Of a stretch of DNA of 64,000 nt, positions 56,454 through 64,000 are shown piece after piece. The number at the start of each line of letters is the position of its first letter. Positions within the stretch are counted from its first letter, which is position 1. Position numbers and translations under genes: made by a program. Location: NCBI GenBank assembly GCA_903892035.1, contig CAITGV010000001.1, positions 155,624 through 219,623 of the forward strand. The letters are read 5' to 3'. Under the pieces are notes generated by a model. It did no database searches. It worked only from the letters and a program-made list of their open reading frames with translations, and was not told where the DNA came from. Origin of the DNA: an uncultured bacterium (GTDB taxonomy: Bacteria > Patescibacteriota > Minisyncoccia > Phycocordibacterales > UBA9973).

Positions 56454-58133
56454 TTATTTCAATATATCAACGATTCGCAACCTTATCTCGTTTTTACCAG
56501 CAAAACGAGAAAATTCTAATGTAGCAATAAGATTTATTTTATTTCCTATTTCAATTGGTATAGAAAAGTCATCAAAAGTTTTAAAAAATGCAATTGCGGT
56601 GATTTTTTTCCCTCGAGAATTTTTAAATTTTAATTCAAGATGATTCTTTTCTTTACCAAAAAGTTTTGCTTCACTAATTTCAATAGTTTCAAAGAGAAAA
56701 GTTGGTTTTGGATTTCCAAGCCCACATGGTGAAAATTGTTCCACAACTTTCCACAAATCTGCATCTACAGAATCTACTGAAATTTTTGCATCAACTTTTA
56801 CATCACCGATACCTTCTTCTTTTTCTTTCGCCTGCCCTGAACTTGTTGAACGGGTCAACTCATGAAACGCTTTTTCAATTCTTTCAGGCAAAAAATGAAT
56901 TTCTTCGCGTGACACAGAAAAACCTCCAGCAAGTTCATGCCCACCAAAACCCATAAATGCAGTATTTATGTGCGTCATAAGTTCCACGACATTGATTGTT
57001 CCGTCTGACCGACAAGAACCCTTTATGTCACTATCACCATTTTGCCCCCACACAAAAGCTGGTTTTCCATAGTGATCAGTGAGTTTCCCAGCGACAAGCC
57101 CAAGTACCCCAAATTGCCATTTAGGATTGCCCACGACGATTACAGAGCATTCCTCGCGGTCCTTAAGTGTCGCATGCACATCTTTCATAATGCCTGCGAC
57201 CAAAGTTTTACGTGTGTCATTTATTTTTGTCAGATGTGTTGCAAGTGCAATTGCTTCTGCTGGTTTTTCTGTTACCAATAATTCAAAGGCTCGATCTGGA
57301 TCATCCATTCTTGATGCTGCATTTAACCTTGGTGTCACCATAAAAGTAATGTCTTCTTCTGTTAGATATCTTTGTTCAATTTTCATAGCAGAAAAAAGTT
57401 CTCGCAACCCTAATCGTGGAGATTTTTGCAAAACTTTTATACCAAAAAATGCTATCGCTCTATTTTCATTTACGAGTGGAACCATATCAGAAAGTGTCGC
57501 AAGACCTGCCATATCAAGAAGCCATTTTTCCGCCCCTTCCTTTATTTTCCAATACTCTCCATATTTTTTTATAAGTCCCTGCACCAACTTAAAAACAACT
57601 CCGGCACCGCAAAGCATCGAGTCAGGATAACTTCCCAATTTTGGATTTACTATGGCATACGCTTTCGGAAGTATTTCGTGTGGGATATGATGATCTGTAA
57701 TAATTACATCTATTCCATTTGCTTGTGCTTCAGCAGTTTCAGCAACTGCAGTGATACCCAAATCAATAGTTATTAAAAGTTTTGTTCCATCTTCAATAAA
57801 ACCTTTTATTGCTTCCATGTGCAGTCCATATCCTTCATCGTGGCGATGTGGAATATAATAGTGCACATTTTCATATCCTATTTGTTTAAAAAAATCATGG
57901 AGAACCACAGCTCCAGGAATACCATCACAATCATAATCACTGTAAACTGTAATCAGCTCTTTCGCTTCCACCGCTTCAAAAATACGCACACAAGCACGCT
58001 CCATATCGTGCATTAAAAAAGGATCATAAAAATCTCTTTCATAATTTGGTCTCAAGAATTTTTCTTTAGCCTCTGCGCCTTCTATCCCCCTATTTCTTAA
58101 AAGCACGCCCATTAAATTTTCCACATCTTGCAT
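56454..58133 (-). CDS. recJ: single-stranded-DNA exonuclease RecJ
   Basis: DYDCDG, ITDHH, LCGAGV, DMVPL..ENR, PRLNAASR, GGHELAGG. Confidence 0.96.
   Translation of the reverse strand: MQDVENLMGVLLRNRGIEGAEAKEKFLRPNYERDFYDPFLMHDMERACVRIFEAVEAKELITVYSDYDCDGIPGAVVLHDFFKQIGYENVHYYIPHRHDEGYGLHMEAIKGFIEDGTKLLITIDLGITAVAETAEAQANGIDVIITDHHIPHEILPKAYAIVNPKLGSYPDSMLCGAGVVFKLVQGLIKKYGEYWKIKEGAEKWLLDMAGLATLSDMVPLVNENRAIAFFGIKVLQKSPRLGLRELFSAMKIEQRYLTEEDITFMVTPRLNAASRMDDPDRAFELLVTEKPAEAIALATHLTKINDTRKTLVAGIMKDVHATLKDREECSVIVVGNPKWQFGVLGLVAGKLTDHYGKPAFVWGQNGDSDIKGSCRSDGTINVVELMTHINTAFMGFGGHELAGGFSVSREEIHFLPERIEKAFHELTRSTSSGQAKEKEEGIGDVKVDAKISVDSVDADLWKVVEQFSPCGLGNPKPTFLFETIEISEAKLFGKEKNHLELKFKNSRGKKITAIAFFKTFDDFSIPIEIGNKINLIATLEFSRFAGKNEIRLRIVDILK
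56830..56856 (-). repeat. REP-like element located in-frame within recJ
   Basis: GACCCGTTCAACAAGTTCAGGGCAGGC, translated TRSTSSGQA; matches the repeat family at 5126-5185. Confidence 0.65.
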
Positions 58134-58161
58134 AGAAATGATTTTAGCATATACTTTGCTT

Positions 58162-58554
58162 ATGAACGACTTAAATTGTATTTTCTGTAAAATTGTAAAA
58201 GGTGAAATTCCTAGCGAAAAAATTTATGAGGATGAAAATTTGCTCGCTTTTATGGATATTTTTCCTATCAATAAAGGCCACGTACTTATAATCACAAAAG
58301 ACCACTATCAATGGATGCAAGACGTGCCAGATGAATTGATATCAAAAAGTTTTATTAAAACAAAAGAATTGATAACCGCTATAAAAAATGGAGTTGGTGC
58401 AGACTACGTACAAATATCAGTTGTAGGAAAAGACGTCCCACATTTTCACATACACTTAATTCCCCGCTTCAATGATGACGGTTTTTCAAATTGGGAAACA
58501 AAAAAATACGAAGAAGGAGAAATAAAAGAATTTGCTGATAAAATAAGAGGTTAG
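58162..58554 (+). CDS. HIT family protein
   Basis: CIFCKI, DIFPINKGHVL, VPHFHIHLIPR. Confidence 0.95.
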   Translation: MNDLNCIFCKIVKGEIPSEKIYEDENLLAFMDIFPINKGHVLIITKDHYQWMQDVPDELISKSFIKTKELITAIKNGVGADYVQISVVGKDVPHFHIHLIPRFNDDGFSNWETKKYEEGEIKEFADKIRG

Positions 58555-58558
58555 GTAT

Positions 58559-58628
58559 TTTCCTTCCTTGATAACCCAGTAGGTCAATGTTCTCATTGAG
58601 GGATGGTTTCGAAGGGCGGATGGGTTTT
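58559..58628. repeat. REP-like element with the same insert of about 30 bp in the opposite orientation
   Basis: ccttccttgat-[aacccagtaggtcaatgttctcattga]-gggatgg...gaagggcggatgggttt. Confidence 0.7.
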
Positions 58629-58629
58629 A

Positions 58630-59748
58630 TTATTTGAGTGCCCTTATTCCAGGCAGTGTGCCTTTTGCTAGAAAATCCAAAGTTGCTCCACCACCTGTAG
58701 AAACAAAAGTAAATTTATGAGAAAGTTTTTTACGCTCTACAAGTACTGCAGTATCTCCACCACCAATTATTGTCTCACCTTTAGCTTTTGAAAGCAGGTC
58801 AAGAAGTTTTTCTGTGCCTTTTACATAACCACCTTCGTAGTAACCCATCGGCCCATTCCAGAGGATTACTTTTGCTTTATTTATAAGTGGCGCCAATGCT
58901 TCAATCGAAGGCAAACCTGCATCATAAATCATTTCATCTTTCTCTACAGCCTGTGCAGATACCGTGCTCGATTTTTTTTCTTTATCTACAACTAAAACAG
59001 TGTTAGGAATAATTAATTTTTTATTCTTTAGTATATTTTTTACAGAAGGTGCTTCTTTATCATATATAGATTGACCAATTTCAAAACCTTCATCATAAAA
59101 AAAATTATTTGCGAGTACTCCTCCAACAAAAACATTGTCCGCAATTTTCAAAAATCTTTTAAGTAATGGTAATTTGGTTTCAATTTTTGCTCCACCTAAA
59201 ATAAAGAGAAATGGTTTTTTTGGTTTTAGTGCTTTTGAAAGCTCTTTTACCTCACGTTCCATTTGGAGACCTGCAAATGCTGGCAACAATTTTGGTAAAA
59301 GAACAATTGAAGAATCTGCTCTGTGTGATACAGGAAAAGCTTCATTTACATAAAAATCTCCATATTTTGCAAGCTCTTTTGCAAATTTTATATCTCCATC
59401 TTTCTCACCAACGTTGCTACGTAAATTTTCCAACAAGACAACATCACCATTTTTCATATCTTCAATTACTTTTTTTGCTTTTTCACCAAAAATTTCAGAC
59501 ACAAATGTAACTTTAGTATTTTTATTTAAAATTTTTGCGACAGGAGCAAGGGATTCTTTTGGGTCTCTACCAATATGACTTATGAGAATTATTTTTGCAC
59601 CTTTCTTTTTCAAGAGCTCAATACTAGGAAGTATAACTTTGATTCGGAGAGTATCAAGAATTTTTCCGTTATCAATAGGCACATTGAAATCGACACGCAT
59701 TAAAACTTTTTTTCCTTTGCAATTTTTTATCTGTTTTATTGTTCTCAT
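58630..59748 (-). CDS. pgk: phosphoglycerate kinase
   Basis: RVDFNVP, SHIGR, LLENLR, GGAK, WNGPMG, GGGDT, STGGGA. Confidence 0.97.
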   Translation of the reverse strand: MRTIKQIKNCKGKKVLMRVDFNVPIDNGKILDTLRIKVILPSIELLKKKGAKIILISHIGRDPKESLAPVAKILNKNTKVTFVSEIFGEKAKKVIEDMKNGDVVLLENLRSNVGEKDGDIKFAKELAKYGDFYVNEAFPVSHRADSSIVLLPKLLPAFAGLQMEREVKELSKALKPKKPFLFILGGAKIETKLPLLKRFLKIADNVFVGGVLANNFFYDEGFEIGQSIYDKEAPSVKNILKNKKLIIPNTVLVVDKEKKSSTVSAQAVEKDEMIYDAGLPSIEALAPLINKAKVILWNGPMGYYEGGYVKGTEKLLDLLSKAKGETIIGGGDTAVLVERKKLSHKFTFVSTGGGATLDFLAKGTLPGIRALK

Positions 59749-59749
59749 T

Positions 59750-60508
59750 TTATTTAATATCAGATGCTATTTTTAAAATTTTCCCAAACTTTTTTGCATC
59801 CAAGCTTGCACGCCCGAGCAATAATCCAAAAGCTCCTCCTAAGGTCATAAAATTTCCAGCATCACTCTCGTCCGCAGAACCACCATAAAGTATAGGAATT
59901 TCTTTTACTATTTTCTCATCAGTAATATCTGATACAACTTTTTTAATAAAAATATTCATCTCAAGTGCTTCTTCTGAAGTTGCGGTACGTGTAGCACTAG
60001 CACCAATAGCCCACACGGGTTCATAGGCAATAATTATATTTTTTATTGCAGACTTTGGTATATCTAAAAATGCATATTTAATTTGATTTGCAACAAATTG
60101 TAAATATGTATGGGCTTCGTCGCGTTCTCTTTCACCCACACAGAGAATTGGGGTGATTTTATTTTTTAATAAATTTTTTATTTTTAGATTTATCTGTTGG
60201 TCAGTATCACTAAGCGCTCGGCATTCTGAATGGCCTACAATACAGTACTTTACTCCAAGAGATGCGAGCATTGATGCAGATACGCCCCCTGTAACTGCAC
60301 CTGACTCAAGATGTGAGACATTCTGAGAACCCAAACCGATACGCCCCATACCTATTTTTTTTAATGTTTCTAAATATACAAACGGAGCACATACTATAAT
60401 ATTTGCCTTTGACCCTACTATATTTTTCTTTACTTCTTTAAATAATTTTTCAGCCTCTTTTTTTGAAGCTGGATTCATTTTCCAATTCCCAACTATGATT
60501 TTTTTCAT
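59750..60508 (-). CDS. tpiA: triosephosphate isomerase
   Basis: GNWKMN, VGHSE, AYEPVWAIG, LYGGS. Confidence 0.96.
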   Translation of the reverse strand: MKKIIVGNWKMNPASKKEAEKLFKEVKKNIVGSKANIIVCAPFVYLETLKKIGMGRIGLGSQNVSHLESGAVTGGVSASMLASLGVKYCIVGHSECRALSDTDQQINLKIKNLLKNKITPILCVGERERDEAHTYLQFVANQIKYAFLDIPKSAIKNIIIAYEPVWAIGASATRTATSEEALEMNIFIKKVVSDITDEKIVKEIPILYGGSADESDAGNFMTLGGAFGLLLGRASLDAKKFGKILKIASDIK

Positions 60509-60555
60509 AGCTGTATTATAGCAACAAATGAGGAGCACGAACAAATCTGCGGGAA

Positions 60556-62391
60556 TTACTGCGACTCCCCCCAACCATTTATGGTCCACGCACCAGAAGG
60601 CCCACCGATGAAATTTTGATTTATAAGCCCACTGTCATACACAAGTTCGGAACTACTTCCAAGACTTATTCCATACCCAGTAATTTGCCTTGCATAAGCA
60701 TTTCTTCTTGTAGTTATTGTGCCATTAGCTGCGTATAAAATACCAGCATCAACATGACTAGCCAAATTTATAGCATTATTATTATTGATATAATTATCAT
60801 GATTTTCATAATAATTATGGCTATTATTATCACACCCATTACCACTTGGACAGGTGCTGGTAGTTAATGTTAAAACATAACTTCCCACTGTTCCTGAATT
60901 TTGAAGATTACCATAGCGCTGAACGGTAACAGTGCCATTTACAATAATAGCTACGCTTGAAGCGCCATATGAAGATGAGGGTTGAATAGTTGCACTATTA
61001 TCTACAATAAGATTTCCTGTTACCCATATATTTCCTGTTAAAGAAAGGGTATGACCATTGTCTACCACAAGATCTCCAACTATCTTCTTTGGTCCTAATG
61101 ACACATTATTTGAATTAATAGTATAATTTCCATTTATAGTGCCACCTGTTAATGCGTCATTCTCCCAATCAGCAATATTTTGGTCAGAAATTGGAAAACC
61201 TATTGGAGGTGAATCAGCAAGTGAAGTATTGCAACTTTTATTATTGTGACTTCCTGTTTGACAATAATTTGTTCCAGCAATATTTGAATTTGTAACTGAA
61301 TGAGCATATGTATTTCCGACATTATTTGTTCCAACATTAATATTATCAATTGATCCACTTCCTCCATTTAAAAATACTTTAAAGAAAATGTCAGCATTTG
61401 ATGGATTGTTTGCATTCCAAATATTTTGATTATTGTCTTCTTGCCTATAATAATTTCCAATTTTTGAAGTACCATTGTTATAAGAAGCATTGGCACCAAT
61501 TGTATAATAATTTTCATGTGAACTTCCTCCATCAAAAACTATCCAATATGTAGTATTTGTCGACAATTGTGGATTTGTACTAAATGTAATATTTACCCAT
61601 CCATATGTAGTAGAAACAAGAGATGCAGAGACGGTGCTCCTTGTTAAGTAATTATTACTCGGTAGACCGTTATTGTTATTTACAATATAAACGTAACCAT
61701 TTGATGGACTACCTATCTTTTTAAGATACAAAGATATTTGGCTCAATCTCCCACTTGTACTCACCTGAAAACTTTGAGCTATGTCTGTCGTATTTGAATT
61801 TTGATTTAGGGTAATGTTGTATGCTGGAGTTCCAGATCCATTTTGTTGGTCCGCACTCGATGCAATACTATTTGCTGCAGTTGCACTTCCTGTTACACTT
61901 GCGTTACTACCTTGGCCTCCTGAAATATTTCCATTTGAATAAACACTTCCATTTACTACTGTACTTTGCCCCATTGAAAGTCCTAAATCTCCTGCCTGAA
62001 TTCCATATGTAAATGAAAGCCCAGAACCGACATTGACTGCTGCAGAAATTTTTCTTTGATAATTTGAAACATTTCCTGTCGATAAAATATTTTTAATTCC
62101 CAAACCTGCATCGGTGATTGTAGTCGTCGCAGAACTCGAATTTAAAGAAATAGTCTCGGTATTTGAAATAGTCATTCTGTTTTGCAGTCTGTACAATGCA
62201 TCTTCAACTCCAGACTCAGCCAAATAATAACTTTGTTTAGAGGAATATGACTGACTCGAAACATGATACTCTCGCGATACGGGAGAAACAATACTTCCAA
62301 TCACCGCAGTAGAAGAAAGCATAAAAAATACCACAGCAATCAAAAGCGCAGCACCCTTATCTAATTTAATTTTTTTAATATATTTTTTCAT
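60556..62391 (-). CDS. PilX-like minor pilin / pilus-associated adhesin with a large beta-rich C-terminus
   Basis: KG-AALLIAV class III signal lacking E5, SYYLAESGVEDALYRL, N/S/T-rich body, GILYAANG. Confidence 0.8.
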   Translation of the reverse strand: MKKYIKKIKLDKGAALLIAVVFFMLSSTAVIGSIVSPVSREYHVSSQSYSSKQSYYLAESGVEDALYRLQNRMTISNTETISLNSSSATTTITDAGLGIKNILSTGNVSNYQRKISAAVNVGSGLSFTYGIQAGDLGLSMGQSTVVNGSVYSNGNISGGQGSNASVTGSATAANSIASSADQQNGSGTPAYNITLNQNSNTTDIAQSFQVSTSGRLSQISLYLKKIGSPSNGYVYIVNNNNGLPSNNYLTRSTVSASLVSTTYGWVNITFSTNPQLSTNTTYWIVFDGGSSHENYYTIGANASYNNGTSKIGNYYRQEDNNQNIWNANNPSNADIFFKVFLNGGSGSIDNINVGTNNVGNTYAHSVTNSNIAGTNYCQTGSHNNKSCNTSLADSPPIGFPISDQNIADWENDALTGGTINGNYTINSNNVSLGPKKIVGDLVVDNGHTLSLTGNIWVTGNLIVDNSATIQPSSSYGASSVAIIVNGTVTVQRYGNLQNSGTVGSYVLTLTTSTCPSGNGCDNNSHNYYENHDNYINNNNAINLASHVDAGILYAANGTITTRRNAYARQITGYGISLGSSSELVYDSGLINQNFIGGPSGAWTINGWGESQ

Positions 62392-62393
62392 TT

Positions 62394-62912
62394 TTAATAT
62401 GCTCCACGCAATATACTAGTATCATAAAAATTTTCTGTATGGGTCGTGATCTTATTATCACGCAAAGTCATTTCAACTTTTATAGCATAGCCGTGAATTG
62501 TCGTGATTAGTCTGAAAACCAAATTTGTCACAGTGACATTTGAACTTGTGATATTACCTGTTACCACAGAATTTTCAGTCAAACGAACTGCACCATTTGA
62601 AACATCAAATTTAACTACCTTTGCATTTCCATTTGAATCAGTGGTGTTTAAAGTAAGTACACCAGGACTTGCATCTAGGGTACTATGCGCACTGTCTACA
62701 GAAACTGCATTTCGAATTTCACTTGTTATGCGATTCATAGAACTTGTACTCGAGTCCAAAATAGCATTGTTACCTCGAATTCTTGTGTAAGTCTTCGTCA
62801 TTATCATTACAGAATTAATAAAAACTATTGAAAAAATAGTAAATAAAACAACGTAAATCAACATTTCAATCAATGAATCTCCTTTATTTCTTTTTTTAAA
62901 AAAATTATTCAT
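62394..62912 (-). CDS. type IV minor pilin (PilW-like)
   Basis: KG-DSLIEMLIY prepilin motif, RITSEIRNA. Confidence 0.85.
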   Translation of the reverse strand: MNNFFKKRNKGDSLIEMLIYVVLFTIFSIVFINSVMIMTKTYTRIRGNNAILDSSTSSMNRITSEIRNAVSVDSAHSTLDASPGVLTLNTTDSNGNAKVVKFDVSNGAVRLTENSVVTGNITSSNVTVTNLVFRLITTIHGYAIKVEMTLRDNKITTHTENFYDTSILRGAY

Positions 62913-63400
62913 TAAGATAGAATGTCAGATACATAAAATGCTAAAGTTTTTGTGACCGTATTTCCAGCACTTAACCACGATACAGTGACTGTTACTTTCT
63001 TTGTACCAGTGTCATTTGTTCCACTGCTTGCAATATCATCATTTCCGTCACGATTTACTGCAGAAATTACTATAATTCTAGTAAATCTTGTGTCTACAGT
63101 AGAAGGAGTAGCGGAAAGTGACCAGACACCAGAACTATACCCAAGATAATAATTTGTTCCAGCAGTAAGACCTGTTATATTTGACCAACTATTATCACGA
63201 ATTATTTTTACTGCTTCAGCCCCTTCTTCTAATATGTATCCTGCCTGAGTATTTCTTAAAGCCAAATCATTCACAACAACAGTTTGATTTATCACGCCAG
63301 TAATTGCCACAGTAAGTAATGTTACAATCGATGCAACTACAACAACCTCAACTAAAGCTGCTCCAGTTTTTTTATTACTTCTCATATTACTATTATACAT
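62912..63400 (-). CDS. type IV minor pilin (PilV-like)
   Basis: G-AALVEVVVV, EEGAEAV, KKVTVTVSW. Confidence 0.85.
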   Translation of the reverse strand: MYNSNMRSNKKTGAALVEVVVVASIVTLLTVAITGVINQTVVVNDLALRNTQAGYILEEGAEAVKIIRDNSWSNITGLTAGTNYYLGYSSGVWSLSATPSTVDTRFTRIIVISAVNRDGNDDIASSGTNDTGTKKVTVTVSWLSAGNTVTKTLAFYVSDILS

Positions 63401-63409
63401 TATTTTTTT

Positions 63410-63886
63410 CTAGGAGCCACTAACCAAACCGGTTTTTATTATTGTAATTGTTTTTGAAATAGAATTATTCCCGCCAGAAATCAAAGTGAGTGTTCCATCT
63501 TCTGCTGTGGTACCTGTAATTCTATCAAAAGTAACATTGGATCCTGCACCTGTGAGGGAAATTGATGACATTGTTACGCTACTATCAAAAGTAACAGTTA
63601 CATTTGTTGATAGATTTGCCGTGTAAGTACTTCCAATAAACATTACAGCTTTGTCTGACTGAAAATGAACACTGTAGTTTGTAGAATTTAATGAAGATAT
63701 AGTATTTTCTCGTGCCGTATTTAATAATGAAATGACATCTCCTTCTGCTCCTGCTAAAATTTGTACTTTACTTGAATTTCCAAATGAAATTACAACAGCT
63801 GCACCAATTATAATAATAATTGAAATAGTAATTACTGCCTCAAGTATTGTAAAACCACTGCTAATTTTTTTAAAATAATTATTCAT
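63410..63886 (-). CDS. type IV minor pilin (FimT/GspH-like)
   Basis: G-FTILEAVITI, LNTAR, VTFDRITG. Confidence 0.85.
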   Translation of the reverse strand: MNNYFKKISSGFTILEAVITISIIIIIGAAVVISFGNSSKVQILAGAEGDVISLLNTARENTISSLNSTNYSVHFQSDKAVMFIGSTYTANLSTNVTVTFDSSVTMSSISLTGAGSNVTFDRITGTTAEDGTLTLISGGNNSISKTITIIKTGLVSGS

Positions 63887-64000
63887 TTATCCAATATTAT
63901 TCATTAGTGAGTACATAGGTGTGATCATTGAAACTGCGAAAAATCCAACACCTGCACCAATAAATATCATCATTATTGGCTCAATAATCGTAGAAAGATC
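63887..64000 (-). CDS. pilC: type IV pilus platform protein PilC/GspF, C-terminal end (partial)
   Basis: Translated by hand: [37 protein letters not shown]. Confidence 0.85.
   Translation of the reverse strand, partial: DLSTIIEPIMMIFIGAGVGFFAVSMITPMYSLMNNIG

Noticed and set aside
1-64000. Alternative genetic code (UGA recoding as in Gracilibacteria/Absconditabacteria)
   Set aside because: Conserved genes are full length under the standard code and guaA ends in TGA at its expected C-terminus

Overview
AT-rich bacterial chromosome segment with the hallmarks of a Patescibacteria (CPR, Parcubacteria-like) genome: no rpmD (L30), split ComEC, archaeal-type PyrH and Cmk, a CPR-type VirB4/TraG-like ATPase, a type IV pilin cluster, no obvious Shine-Dalgarno sequences and many apparently leaderless genes. 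The lineage call is inferred from these features. The core is the str-S10-spc ribosomal cluster (minus strand, about 23.5-46.3 kb), broken at four junctions by accessory genes, each time with a new sigma70-like promoter. Also present are recG, ftsH, ssrA-smpB, infC-rpmI-rplT, mgtA, ndk, map, guaA, sod, rnhA, recJ, pgk and tpiA. The most notable non-housekeeping signals are: (1) three families of short dispersed repeats, two of them clustered beside small nucleases (DUF559 and GIY-YIG), with one copy translated in-frame inside recJ; (2) an HTH-LAGLIDADG-like gene / tRNA-Ile(UAU) / ADP-ribosyltransferase-like gene module; (3) an unannotated 126-nt 6S-like RNA; (4) a probable S8-binding leader that mimics 16S helix 21; (5) two unrelated orphan lipoprotein-like genes with a shared promoter-boxA-hairpin leader; (6) a deletion or chimera junction joining two 5'-truncated genes. 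No CRISPR array, rRNA, integrase or transposase was seen. All calls are by eye, with no database searches.
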